The notes: generated by a model not told the origin, from the letters alone. A DNA stretch of 64,000 nucleotides from an uncultured virus (IMG/VR IMGVR_UViG_3300013383_000030) (IMGVR_UViG_3300013383_000030), one strand, 5' to 3'; positions 33,204-44,255 are shown, counted from the stretch's first letter. Program-made: numbers and translations.

Positions 33204-34343
33204 TCAGATTACAATCCTGCGGCGTAGAGCCTTGCCGTACTTTTCGGTCCACTCCTTATACATTGGGTGGTGGTATAGCTTCATGGCGCAATCTGACGAG
33301 AGTTCCTTCGAATTTCCGGACATCGCGGAAACCATTGCCATTGCGGCGAAGTCAGCAGGAAGTTCCATTGAAATGCGGTAAAACCCACTCAGGCGATTGT
33401 TTTCGTCCTCCTCGTCCTTGCCGCGCCACAAGAGGTAGTTCATTGTCGAGACAAGGGCATAACGCATGTCAGAACGCTCTGGAATCACGATTTTTTTGTT
33501 CTGGTTGGTCATGATTTCGAGGACGTTGTCAAACTCCCTACTGACTTTATGGAATTCAAAAAACTCGACTCCGGCACGGTTTCCGACGAGACCGTAGATG
33601 ATCTTACGGAGAATTGTGTCACTGCAGTTCTTGCACAGCTCAAGCATCCGCGACACACGCTCCCACGAGCGAGGGGTTGGGAACCCACGTCCAAGAACCT
33701 CACCCTCCATGTGGAAGAGGAATTCGGGTTTGTAGTTGATGAATCCAATCACAGAGGGGTGGATGTTGTTGAACTGTGCCCACTTGACCCAATCCTCCGC
33801 GTTCGCCTCCAACTGGAAATGCATGAACCGGTTCGCAAGTGCAGATGGCATCGCGGCGGCAACGGCGCGGTCCGTAACGAGGTTCCCGGCGGAGACAATA
33901 AGCCACCTCTTCGGAAGCCTGTACAGGTTTCCAAGCTTGCGTTCAAGAATCAGCTCGTATGCGGCCACGGCAATGGACTTGTCGATCGCCGTGATCTCGT
34001 CGAGAAAGAGGATTCCGGACGAGTCGGGGTCGCGCGGCCAGGTTCCGTTGACATACCACTCCATGACATGCTCCTCCCTGTTCGGAACTGGAAGACCCTT
34101 GATGTCACACGGTTCAATCTGCGAAAGCATGACCGGAATGAAGTTGACGCCCATTTCCTTCGCGACGGTCTCGACCAGCTTGGACTTGCCGATTCCCGGG
34201 CTTCCGTGGATGCAGATTGGGGGGAGTTTCGACGATGTCTCGGGGTCGTCGAGAATAGCTTGCATCTGCGTCTTGATGATGCTTTCAAGATCCACAATTG
34301 AAATTGTATTATGGATGTCAATAATCGTCTTTTTCTTTTCCAT
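33204..34343 (-). CDS. MoxR-like AAA+ ATPase
   Basis: GSPGIGKS, LFLDEI, SAGN, ALANRF, TPRSW; adjacent to the VWA gene. Confidence 0.85.
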   Translation of the reverse strand: MEKKKTIIDIHNTISIVDLESIIKTQMQAILDDPETSSKLPPICIHGSPGIGKSKLVETVAKEMGVNFIPVMLSQIEPCDIKGLPVPNREEHVMEWYVNGTWPRDPDSSGILFLDEITAIDKSIAVAAYELILERKLGNLYRLPKRWLIVSAGNLVTDRAVAAAMPSALANRFMHFQLEANAEDWVKWAQFNNIHPSVIGFINYKPEFLFHMEGEVLGRGFPTPRSWERVSRMLELCKNCSDTILRKIIYGLVGNRAGVEFFEFHKVSREFDNVLEIMTNQNKKIVIPERSDMRYALVSTMNYLLWRGKDEEDENNRLSGFYRISMELPADFAAMAMVSAMSGNSKELSSDCAMKLYHHPMYKEWTEKYGKALRRRIVI

Positions 34344-34521
34344 TTCTTTTTTTAATTTCTTGTGGCTGGATTATATCAAGTTTGTTTCTGATTTACCATC
34401 CGAAATAGAGGATTCGGTCGTTCTCCAACATGTTCTGTTCCTGGTTCTTCGAATTTTCCATTTGTTGCTCCTTGAAATTACCACAATTATAGCACATGCC
34501 AAGAGGAAGTCAAGAGCGTTT

Positions 34522-35412
34522 TCAGAAACCGTAATTCCTAACTGCGATTTCCGTTATCTTTCCACGTCCGCTTCCCTTCGAGTTTATCATCCGGCTTGCA
34601 GAAACGCGCAGTACCTCAAAACCACTGAACAGTTTGTCGAAGAACATGTCTTCGGGATCCGTGTTGTGTGGATCCGAGTTCGAGAGAAACCACTTGACGC
34701 CACGTTCGTCCAGCTTCCTGCACAGTTCTGAAAGCCTCCTCTGCTCATTTTCGTCGAACCCCCCCTTTGTATATGCAAGGAAACTGTTCGTCTTCGGAAG
34801 AGGACGGTACGGAGGGTCGAAGTATGCGAACACATTTCCTCCGACCGCATTGAACGGTTTCTCAAAGTCCCCGTTCATTATCTCGACTTTTCCAAGAAGT
34901 TCGCTGTCCGCAAAGATCGTCTCAGAATCACAAATCTTTGGACTCATCGATTTTCCGAAGGGGACGTTGAACCCCCCCTTCCGATTCACCCTATGGAGAC
35001 CGTTGAAGCACGTCTTGTTCAGGAAAATGAAAAGCGCGGCTTTTCTGAGGGAATCGCACTCGGAGTGGTTGTACTCATTCCTCCTATTTAGGTAGCAGGA
35101 TTCCTTATCGTTCAGCGTCTTTAATCCCATGTATTCGTCCTGCATCTTCTTAAGCTGGGATACAAGACCGCTCGGGTTGTCCCTGACAGTCATGTATGCG
35201 TTGATGAGGTTTCCATTGATGTCGTTGATGACAGCCTTCGAGATGTTTCCGTACTTCTGTAGTACGTGGAACAGCATTGCGCCACCGCCCACGAACGGCT
35301 CTACATATGTCAGCTCTTTCATGGACGACAAGTTCACCGGAAACAAGTTTTCCAGTTGCGGAATCAACTGGCTCTTTCCGCCAGCCCATTTAACGAACGG
35401 TTTTGCAGACAT
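34522..35412 (-). CDS. dam: Dam-family DNA adenine methyltransferase
   Basis: KWAGGK, EPFVGGG, FNVPFG, DPPY. Confidence 0.9.
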   Translation of the reverse strand: MSAKPFVKWAGGKSQLIPQLENLFPVNLSSMKELTYVEPFVGGGAMLFHVLQKYGNISKAVINDINGNLINAYMTVRDNPSGLVSQLKKMQDEYMGLKTLNDKESCYLNRRNEYNHSECDSLRKAALFIFLNKTCFNGLHRVNRKGGFNVPFGKSMSPKICDSETIFADSELLGKVEIMNGDFEKPFNAVGGNVFAYFDPPYRPLPKTNSFLAYTKGGFDENEQRRLSELCRKLDERGVKWFLSNSDPHNTDPEDMFFDKLFSGFEVLRVSASRMINSKGSGRGKITEIAVRNYGF

Positions 35413-35483
35413 GTTTTTCTCAAAAAAAAATGACGCCGAAATTATAGCATATCTCGGCGTCAAGTCAAGCGTGTTTTTAAAAA

Positions 35484-35804
35484 TTATTTTGTTTTCCAGC
35501 CAATTCGTATCAGGAGCGGAACCCCGTAGTGGTCGTCCCCATCGTCACCACGGTCTTCTTTTGTCACGACAAGATACAAATTGTCTCCATTCATAAGTTC
35601 AGCATGGAGATTCCTGAACGTTTCGTTGTCGGACGAGCTGAAAATCTCATTCATCCTGTTGATGACCTTTTTCGCCTGTTCGGAAGCCCTCGCAAGGCGC
35701 TCCTTGCTGGTTATGTACTTTTCATTTCCCGGAACCAAACTAAACCCCTCATACACGTGACCGGCACCAAGCATCATGTATGTGTTTGCACCGGTCTTTT
35801 TCAC
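35484..35804 (-). CDS. Hypothetical protein
   Basis: AAGGAG RBS with a GTG start. Confidence 0.5.
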   Translation of the reverse strand: MKKTGANTYMMLGAGHVYEGFSLVPGNEKYITSKERLARASEQAKKVINRMNEIFSSSDNETFRNLHAELMNGDNLYLVVTKEDRGDDGDDHYGVPLLIRIGWKTK

Positions 35805-35831
35805 ATCTTCTCCTTCTTGTTTTGTTCCGAA

Positions 35832-36629
35832 CTAAATCCACGAAACCGGACACATGTTTCCCCAATAACTGTCGTTGTAACTCCTCAATTCGCTGTCGTT
35901 GTTGAGAACACGAAAAAGATCGCCGACCGTCTTGTCCGAGAACCTCCTTCCGACCGCCTCTCCAACGATTTGTCCGGCTTCCTTTGTGTCGGCGCGTGTC
36001 GCATTGCGAACCTTCATGAACTCTTTTTTTATCTTTTCAAGTCTTTCTCCCTTCAGTCTCTTAGCCTCGGTTTCCCAATAGAACCTCGAATCTTTCTTGA
36101 TGTGACCGTTGACTTTATAAAGAGCCATGACAATCGCGTTCCGTGTATCGTCAAGGTCGTATGCCGTCGCTTCGCCCCCACCAAACCTGATGTATGTCGC
36201 ATGATATTTCGTCGTATTGTTCAACATGACATCCGGGTTGGACCACACATCGGTTGGTTTCAACTTGCAGAGGGCTACGACATCTCCGGTCGTATCGAGA
36301 TTGTCCATCCATGTCCTGAGAGTAAGACCACCATATTCGTCGTAGTCCTTCAGATCCCTATATGACAAGTCGAACTCCGCATCCGTCTCAATCTTCTCAA
36401 AGTCAAATATACTGTACTTGTCGATAAATTCGGGAAAAACATTCAACGGAATTCCTCTTGTCATCCCGAAACCGGATTCGTACGATTCACCAAGTTCCGG
36501 ATCGACTTTTATGAACATTTTGCAGAGCGTCTCATAACCACACCTTGTGCTGGGAACAAGCGCACGAATAAGGCAATCCCTCGACACTTTACCAAATGGG
36601 TTTGCGTTGAATTTCACGATTTTTGACAT
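35832..36629 (-). CDS. Hypothetical protein with a DCLIRAL...H motif; ends in TAG
   Basis: The N-terminus resembles 14178-14702. Confidence 0.55.
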   Translation of the reverse strand: MSKIVKFNANPFGKVSRDCLIRALVPSTRCGYETLCKMFIKVDPELGESYESGFGMTRGIPLNVFPEFIDKYSIFDFEKIETDAEFDLSYRDLKDYDEYGGLTLRTWMDNLDTTGDVVALCKLKPTDVWSNPDVMLNNTTKYHATYIRFGGGEATAYDLDDTRNAIVMALYKVNGHIKKDSRFYWETEAKRLKGERLEKIKKEFMKVRNATRADTKEAGQIVGEAVGRRFSDKTVGDLFRVLNNDSELRSYNDSYWGNMCPVSWI

Positions 36630-36797
36630 AATATGATTCCTTTATATACATGCTGAAACGCGAACTCCACGCCGCGCCGAAGACACGTCATCTGTCCTGC
36701 AGGTTTCATGCATATATCCAACGGGAATATTTACGGAAAGTTTGATGAGAACGTTCTCGTGTCTTCGGCAATTGAAAGCGGCGAATTGCCAGCTTCA

Positions 36798-37574
36798 TTA
36801 GACCAATCCATTTGTCCTGTTTTCTCTCCGAAAGTAATATGGAACATCAACATCGTTGGCATTGAGATTATCCCCGTAATACTTGTCAATAAGCACACGA
36901 AGTGGTGTTATGTATCCTCCCAAAGACGGAGGTGTCTTACTAGATTGAACGGGGTTATCATTGACAAAAGCTTTGAGACCATTCCTGATCTCCTCGATTG
37001 TCATTTCACTACCCATTGATGCTACAGAATATTTCCCGGTGTTAAACAAGACCATAAACATGGAATCGATGTTTTCGTCCCTGTTCAGCGCCGACAGTTT
37101 CTTGACACCTTCCGGGATTGAGATTGCAAATTCCTTTTTGTTGTTTGAAAACCAGAGTTTGTACGAGTTGTCGTATAGGCTATCGTGGATGAATGAGACG
37201 AATTCGTATTTCCTGAAGATCCCAGACGTGTCGTCGAAGAACAAGCTTCGTGTTGACATCACGACATCCCTTACGAGCTCCGAATCCATCCCGACCCTCT
37301 CGTATTCTTCATAAGCCTTGTGGACATTCGACAAGAATATGTCTTTCGAAAGGAATCTTCCTACTTCCGTGTGCGTATCAAGAAGATACATCCTCTTTAT
37401 GTCGATAAGCTCAAGGATCTTCTCGTTGATCTCTTTCACCTTCTCGGAATTTTTTCTGACAACGGACATGACGTCCGAATACCTTCTCGAGAAGGATTCA
37501 GCGGCAGCCTTCTTGGGTCCGTCCTTCTCCAGCCAGTTCACTTTTGTTGTTTTGTCAATGTATTGGATGTTCAC
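36798..37574 (-). CDS. Hypothetical protein
   Basis: 258-aa ORF. Confidence 0.6.
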   Translation of the reverse strand: MNIQYIDKTTKVNWLEKDGPKKAAAESFSRRYSDVMSVVRKNSEKVKEINEKILELIDIKRMYLLDTHTEVGRFLSKDIFLSNVHKAYEEYERVGMDSELVRDVVMSTRSLFFDDTSGIFRKYEFVSFIHDSLYDNSYKLWFSNNKKEFAISIPEGVKKLSALNRDENIDSMFMVLFNTGKYSVASMGSEMTIEEIRNGLKAFVNDNPVQSSKTPPSLGGYITPLRVLIDKYYGDNLNANDVDVPYYFRRENRTNGLV

Positions 37575-37577
37575 CTA

Positions 37578-38234
37578 TCAAGCCTTTCTCCAACCCAACT
37601 TGTCTTTGCCGAATCTGTCTATGCCAACCCACTTCATTCCGATTTGTGGGAGTGGATCGGTTTCAAGAAGCGTAATGATCTTTGTGTTCGAGATATCAGA
37701 ACCGAACAACTTCTCGATTCTGTTCCAAATACCATTCTCGCAGGATAGCGGTGTTTGGAGTCTGTCAAAACTTCCATCCTCAAGCATGATTCGCATTACC
37801 TGTGCAGGAGAATATGTGTATTTGACTTTTTTGACGACTTGCTTCTTCCGAAGTTTCCCCCTCCAATCTATTGTCGTGTAGTGTGCGTGTACGCCAAGCT
37901 CGACCGTCTCATACATCTCGGTTTCAGACGTTTTGTTCAAAGTGTTTGTGTCGTCATATGATACGTTGTTCTTCATAATTTTCGGCCGAGGAAACGCAGC
38001 CATCTTCAGTGGATGTGACGAATCGGCTTTTCCTTTCATTGCATATTCGTTTTTGCAGTCTTTTTCGATGTCTTTGAAGAAATCGCGAAGGTCGTTGCGT
38101 TCAGATGCAAATACATCGAGAGTGGAATCGTCCGCGAGAAGTTTCAGGATCTGGGGTATTTCGTCGACATAAACACCGCTCAGTCGACCAGATTTGTCAA
38201 TGTAGATTAGATCCCAGTTTTCGTTGGAAACCAT
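37578..38234 (-). CDS. Hypothetical protein containing an in-frame IS left-end remnant (37977-38028)
   Basis: The peptide ADSSHPLKMAAFPRPKI derives from the class C element. Confidence 0.5.
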   Translation of the reverse strand: MVSNENWDLIYIDKSGRLSGVYVDEIPQILKLLADDSTLDVFASERNDLRDFFKDIEKDCKNEYAMKGKADSSHPLKMAAFPRPKIMKNNVSYDDTNTLNKTSETEMYETVELGVHAHYTTIDWRGKLRKKQVVKKVKYTYSPAQVMRIMLEDGSFDRLQTPLSCENGIWNRIEKLFGSDISNTKIITLLETDPLPQIGMKWVGIDRFGKDKLGWRKA

Positions 38235-38389
38235 CCAGGTGACGAATTTGTCGGTCAGTTCTTCCAGGATCGTCTTTTTTCCAAATTTTTCACATATGCC
38301 GTATTCATTTTTGTTTCGACTTTTTATGGTCCTTATATTGCCTGGTTCAAGCGCATATTAAATGCGGTTTTCTGTTTCTGGTCTGTCCA

Positions 38390-39196
38390 TCAGTTCCCGA
38401 TTTCGTTCAGGATCTCCGCAAAACCGAATCCTTTTGGGTTGTATTTCGGACGTCCGTTGACATTGTCGGGACCAACCGGAGCAAACCCTGTCTTGAACAG
38501 ACGGGTTCTCATGATTCTCACACCCTTGTTGACCATCTGTCTTACCCTCTCGCGCGTCACCCCATACCGCTTTGCGATTCCGGCGAGCGTCAGTCGCGAG
38601 CCGTTTGGATTCGAACCGCAGTAGTATTCGATTGTGCAGTCGAGGTACTTGCGTTCCGTCTTTGACTTGCATCCGTGCAGAAGAGCACGAAGCAATCCGT
38701 TGAAACAGTCGCGCCGCGAATCGTTCTCGACATATTGCGTGGTTTCCTTCAGCACGAACGACTCGGGGTTTATGTCCTTGTGGATGATCTGCTCTAGGGT
38801 CCGCCCACCGTCGTCATCCGCAGCGTTTCCGTTGGACGCAAGTGGCGCGTCGATGTGGTAGCATGCGAGATCAATCTTTGTCGGGGTTGTTTCCCTGATG
38901 ATGTGGCGGCGGATTGTCGTCACGGCGTAGGAACAGAACCTGTACCCGGTCTTTGGATCGAACCCGTCTGCCGCCCTCCGGAGACCCTCTATCCCATAGG
39001 ATATGCACTCGTCCCTCATGTTTTCGTTTCTGATCCACCACATCTTGTTGACGACGAAGGGGACAAGCATGATGTTATGGAGGAACAGTTTCTCCCTTAC
39101 CCCCCTGGGATCCTTTCCGTAACCGGACAGGAGTTCTTTCTCCTCGGCACAAGTCAGTTTCGGATACTTTTCTACAATACTGCTGAGATCGTACAT
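38390..39196 (-). CDS. Sigma70-family (RpoD/RpoS-like) sigma factor
   Basis: LFLHNIMLV, GIEGLRRAADGFDPKTGYRFCSYA (region 2); TLAGIAKRYGVTRERVRQ (region 4). Confidence 0.9.
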   Translation of the reverse strand: MYDLSSIVEKYPKLTCAEEKELLSGYGKDPRGVREKLFLHNIMLVPFVVNKMWWIRNENMRDECISYGIEGLRRAADGFDPKTGYRFCSYAVTTIRRHIIRETTPTKIDLACYHIDAPLASNGNAADDDGGRTLEQIIHKDINPESFVLKETTQYVENDSRRDCFNGLLRALLHGCKSKTERKYLDCTIEYYCGSNPNGSRLTLAGIAKRYGVTRERVRQMVNKGVRIMRTRLFKTGFAPVGPDNVNGRPKYNPKGFGFAEILNEIGN

Positions 39197-39677
39197 TTTT
39201 ACCTTGTTTTTGACGTTTTCCCTGATCGGTCGTGGCTGTCCAAACCACCATCCGGAATTTTCGAGAATCCAATGTGCGTGCCTGGCATCTCGCCCATCTG
39301 GACCCCGTTCATCTCATCGGTTGATGTGCGGATGTCGTGGTCCTGCGATTGGCGTATTTTTTGCAGACACCGTGTCCTGTCCACACACACCTGTGTGCAC
39401 GGAGCCGACGCAACGCCCGAACGAGAGCGTCTTTCCGCGTCCGCGATTTCCGCATGCATACATTGCGTTCCTTTTTCATTTTCCATCCTTCTTTACCTTG
39501 ACACGCCGAATAGTATAGCACACAAGATTCGAAAGTCAAGTGGTTTTTCAGTTTTCCCGTTTTCCGGACAGCCCCGCTCTCGCCAATCTCGAGGACGGGA
39601 GTCCCGTGAACGTCGGCGACCCCCCACACACGACGGACACCTGGTACACCGCCCCCGGGAAAAACCACCAAAGCCAT

Positions 39678-40961
39678 TCATTGCCGGGGGGCTCCCGCAA
39701 GCGGACCATTCGCGACCACCTGTGCGGCCGCGTAGATTCCAGAAGCCTCCACCTCATCAAGCCCGGTTGACGCAATGAACCCCTGTAGCTCGTCGGAGGC
39801 TATTCCCTCCGGTGTGAGGTAGCCACTCTTCACGAGCGTTTCGGCAACAGACCCGGGGATTCCAAGTGTCTCCGACAGGTTCTCGACGGCGGACCTGCAC
39901 TGTTCTTCAAATGTCATTGCGACGGTCGACTTCCTGACATTCAGCTTGACGCCGACGAGCCGCTGTGCAAGCTTGATATTCACGCCGTTCCGTCCGACGG
40001 CGACCGGATATTGCTCCTCGCCGACGACCACATCCCACGAATTCTGGGACAGGTGGTTCTCTGTGACACTCTCTGTGTATGCCGGAAGGAGTGCATCCCG
40101 AATGAACTCGTCGGTGTTCTGCGACCATCTCACGATGTCGATGCGTTCGCCCGACATCTCGTCCGAAATCCTGTTGATCCTGGTTCCGCGCCGTCCGATG
40201 CAGGCGCCGGCCGGGTCGATCTTCTTGTTGTTCGACCTCACGGCGACCTTCGCCTTGGAGCCGGGTTCGCGCGCGATTCCTACGATCTCGACGTCGCCGT
40301 CTGCGATTTCCGACACTTCCTGGCGCATGACTGCGTCAAGGTAGCCGTTGCACGATCGCGAGAGCACGACCGGAGAACCCTTCTGGCGTTCGTCTATCCG
40401 TTTTACAAGTGCGTTGATCGGGTCGCCGACCTTGTATTTCTCCTTCCGGATTTGCTCGTTGCGCGGAAGCACCGCGGTGGAGTTTCCGACGGACACGATG
40501 ATGTTTCCGCGCTCGATTCCCGAGACGGTCCCGTGTACGATTTCCCCGATTCTGTTCCCGAGTGAATTGACGGCACACGTCCTCTTGAACTCCCGCATCT
40601 TCTGGAGGATGAGCATACGCGACTCGTTTGCGACGATCCTGCCGAGCTTTGACACCGGAAGATCGACAGTTACGAGCTCGCCCTCCTCGGCGCAGACGCC
40701 GCCCTTCAGGAGACGGGCTTGACGCATAGTGACAATCCCGGGTCCGCCCCCGGAGTTTGACGCCACGAAGACATCCCTGACGTGCGGCACGAGCGTATCC
40801 CGGTCGATTACCACCTTGAGGTCGGTTGTGAAGTTCGGGTTTTTCCGCGCAGCCTTGAGGATACACGTCTCAAGAGTCGAAAGAACCGCCTCCCGTTCCA
40901 CTCCATACTCTCTCTCGATGTACGAGACGAGAGATTTGATGTTGAATTCATTGTTTTCCAT
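39678..40961 (-). CDS. nusA: Transcription termination/antitermination factor NusA
   Basis: S1 and KH motifs AREPGSKAKVAV, GACIGRRGTRI, ERIDIVRWS, AVGRNGVNIKLA; C-terminal HhH-like tail. Confidence 0.95.
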   Translation of the reverse strand: MENNEFNIKSLVSYIEREYGVEREAVLSTLETCILKAARKNPNFTTDLKVVIDRDTLVPHVRDVFVASNSGGGPGIVTMRQARLLKGGVCAEEGELVTVDLPVSKLGRIVANESRMLILQKMREFKRTCAVNSLGNRIGEIVHGTVSGIERGNIIVSVGNSTAVLPRNEQIRKEKYKVGDPINALVKRIDERQKGSPVVLSRSCNGYLDAVMRQEVSEIADGDVEIVGIAREPGSKAKVAVRSNNKKIDPAGACIGRRGTRINRISDEMSGERIDIVRWSQNTDEFIRDALLPAYTESVTENHLSQNSWDVVVGEEQYPVAVGRNGVNIKLAQRLVGVKLNVRKSTVAMTFEEQCRSAVENLSETLGIPGSVAETLVKSGYLTPEGIASDELQGFIASTGLDEVEASGIYAAAQVVANGPLAGAPRQ

Positions 40962-41337
40962 TTTCTTTTTTTTTCTTGAAGTTCGTGGTTTACGGCGAAA
41001 TTATAGCATTTTCACAGAGAAAGTCAAGCCGGTTTTCAGTTCCCACGGGGAGTGGAAGATGAATTGTGGCGTTCCTCCGTCAAGATTCCTGAACTTTTCC
41101 GTCCGGTATTCTTCTTGCGACCCGGCAACCCAGCGGCGACGCACAAAGGGCGGACTCTTCGAATGTTTCAAACTTCCTGTCACCTGGTCCCGAAAACGGC
41201 GTCCACACACCGCAGGCGTTACGCTCGAGGGACATTATGGCATGTTTTCCACCTTCATGCGACAACGCGATGACCTTTCTTTTTGACGTTCCGTGCGTTC
41301 CGGGCGGTCTTTTGGAACCCCGGGGTGTCGGGCATCC

Positions 41338-41883
41338 TCACTCCCAGATTCTCTTGATGCGCGATGCGTTGTCGGTGAAGTAGGGGAAGCGCACCGCGCC
41401 CTTATTTGGCTTGAACCAGCTTGCCCTATCCTCTGGGCAGTTCACCTCCTCGTGGGAGAGGATCCAGAACTTGTCGTGGGTCACATAGTCCTCGGTGTGG
41501 ACGTCTTCTGTTTTGACGAGCTTGAGAAACTCGGGGTCGAACTTCTTTGCGAACTCGGGACCATTGAGGTACGCCCTGAGTTCAGAGTTTTTCCATTTGT
41601 TTGTCGAGGGGTCGAACCTGCGCCGCTCGAGACAGTCCTCGGAGTTGCATACGAGGTCTCCGTTTTCTTTTTTGGCGACGATGATGCACGGAATCTCCCG
41701 GTTTTCGTATTTGACGAGGATTCTGTCGCCGATTTGCGCAATCTTCTTGATTTCGTCCAATTCGAGGAGCTGGCATGCCCCGAGGAGCGAGAGTTTGATA
41801 TCCAGTTCCTCGACGCAGGACGAGGTATTGCAAATTTCAGAGATCTTCTCAGCCTTATCCTTTGGGATGTACTTGAACTTCAT
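41338..41883 (-). CDS. Hypothetical protein (DUF6273-like)
   Basis: NKWKNSELRAYLNG...DKFWILSHEEV. Confidence 0.5.
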   Translation of the reverse strand: MKFKYIPKDKAEKISEICNTSSCVEELDIKLSLLGACQLLELDEIKKIAQIGDRILVKYENREIPCIIVAKKENGDLVCNSEDCLERRRFDPSTNKWKNSELRAYLNGPEFAKKFDPEFLKLVKTEDVHTEDYVTHDKFWILSHEEVNCPEDRASWFKPNKGAVRFPYFTDNASRIKRIWE

Positions 41884-42404
41884 TATTGATTTTTTCCTCT
41901 TTTGAGTGTTGTATTTCTTGAAAATGCCGACATTATAGCACACATGACGCGCAAGTCAAGCCCCTTTTCGGAACCGCACAGGGTGAACGCCACGGAGATC
42001 CCGTTCTTCTCGAAATGCAATCGACATGGACTCGAAGATGCTTGCAATGACTCCGAACGGGAACGAGCCCCGAAGGGTGAATCGAGAAACCACCCTCATT
42101 TCCGGCTTGAAGTGTTCTTGGGTTCTCCCGGACGGAAGAACAATCGACATTCTGGAATATTCCAAAAAAACAAGCCGAAAATCGAACAAAGGAAATTTTC
42201 AGAAAAACGAATACGGAAGAAAACCATAAAAGCAAGAAGACTCAGTTTTCCTTCCCAGATATGCGGAAAATGTGGTCTTAGATGAAAAAAACACTGTTTG
42301 TTCTTTGTACAGAGTGTGTGAACTCCATGCCGAAATCAGGGCATCCAATTTGCGGGTTTTCTGCATAGGAGAGGTGCGAATGCCATCATCAGCTTCAAAA
42401 ATTT

Positions 42405-42754
42405 TGCTTTGGAAAACAGATTCAACATAGTTGTCTAGGTTCAGTAAAGGCAAAACTTAAACAACTTCCTCAAACTATAATATTGGATAAATGGATTCCA
42501 ACAACCAAACTATGTCTAAAATGTGGAACAGTCAACAAATTCATAACCCTGAATGATAGAACTTATCATTGTGGATGTGGTTATGAGTTTGACAGAGACA
42601 TTCATTCAGCTAAAAACATGCTGTTCATTACGGAACATCGGAAAATAACGCTTGTGGAGTTCAAGACCTCTGACAATGATGCTTGTAGTGTTGTTGACAA
42701 GCCTGGACGATAAAACAAGAAAACGCTTTGTCTTTAGTGTTGCATAGAGTTTAC
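42405..42754 (+). pseudogene. tnpB: IS605 tnpB 3' fragment with omegaRNA/right end; smaller remnant at ~50130-50225
   Basis: Matches 57920-58302 (DKWIPTTKLC.KCG...DRDIHSAKNM). Confidence 0.85.
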
Positions 42755-43655
42755 AGGAATTCTTCAAAAAACCGAATATTTTGGGCGCCTATGGAACATT
42801 ATCTGGAAGTATTGCCTCCGGAGGAATTCCAGGAATATACTTTATGCGCCCATAAGTTGAATAAAAACGCATAAATAGGAAAAAAATGAAGAAAATCAAT
42901 ATCGGAAAAAAGAATATTGGAGGAGTTTACGAAGAAAAAGACTCTTCCTGATATTGATCTTTGAATTGATAGAATTATTTTATGATATTTAAACAAATAA
43001 AACTCATTTTTAGAAGACTAAGTCCTCGTTTGGAGATGTTTTCCAGAAATTATTTTTGAAATTTTCCCATATTTTCAGAAATCTCTAGAGATATTTGTGG
43101 TTATTTTCTATTGTTTCGTTCTTTTTTCATTTTCTATAATTGACAAAAATGATTTTTGACGTTTTTGTAAGTTATAGAGATATTTCCTCGGGATTTTTCT
43201 CAAAAACACCCTTATAACTTGCAGAAATGAATTCTGAAAAAAATATCGTTTTTGCAAGTTATCTCTATTTTTGGTGTTTTTGACAGACATTTTTCCATTT
43301 TTGTATTACCGGCTATTTCATGGTGGTGGATTTTCAACAATAGAACCATCATAAGTGAACCCCATGTCATGCTAAAGACATGGCATCTATCTGGTGAAGT
43401 TTATGTATACACGATTCTGCGCGGTTGTCAGTTCCGTTTTCAGACCGTGAACAACAACGCGAAGGACTTCCCGTCGGACAGGAACAGTTCACTCCCTCTG
43501 GATACTTCCATGATAGCACTTCTCAGGTGGAGGTCAAGAGTGTTTCCGGAAACATCCCCCGAAACCCGGAAAGAACAATCCTCTGTTTGTGTAAAATCGG
43601 CTTTCCCCAAGTCTCGCATACCCCCGACATTTCACGTTTTCCCCAAACGAACAAA

Positions 43656-44165
43656 TCAGACCTCGCAGATGTCCATGTCGTCATCATAGAAATAAATATG
43701 CTTGTAGCCGACGATATTCAGTATGCGAAAACAGTTTGCACAAGGAGCGCTGTTCTTGCAACGGTTGTTCTTGTCTATGCGGATATTGTAGAAATCGAGA
43801 TTGGAACAGTCTTCCAAGCCAAGGCGAAACAATGCGCTCATCTCGGAATGTAGACTCGGAATGTATGTCTTCTCCCCATATTTCAAATACTTCGTCCTAA
43901 GGCTTGGAATGTATCCTATCATGAATCGCTGGTAGTTGTTTTGCCCAATGGACAACAACTTGGACTTCCTGGCGACAAACGTGAAATTCAACGTACGTCC
44001 GTTTGACGTAGCACCCTTCGAAAACATGGCTTTCGCTATGTCTACGTAATTGCACATTCTACTCCTGACCGTTTTCGAGACAACCGGCTTTGCGTCATTC
44101 AACATAAAGTAATGTCCAGAACGAATCACCGCAGAAACTTCATGTGTTTTACTTGTCTTGTACAT
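43656..44165 (-). CDS. Zinc-dependent cytidine/dCMP deaminase-like protein
   Basis: HSE...PCANC motif. Confidence 0.7.
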   Translation of the reverse strand: MYKTSKTHEVSAVIRSGHYFMLNDAKPVVSKTVRSRMCNYVDIAKAMFSKGATSNGRTLNFTFVARKSKLLSIGQNNYQRFMIGYIPSLRTKYLKYGEKTYIPSLHSEMSALFRLGLEDCSNLDFYNIRIDKNNRCKNSAPCANCFRILNIVGYKHIYFYDDDMDICEV

Positions 44166-44255
44166 TTTCTGTATATTATAGCATTTCGAATCGGGAAGTC
44201 AAATACACTTTCAAAGAACGCGGAATTGTATGTAAATCCATAAATAGAATAAACT

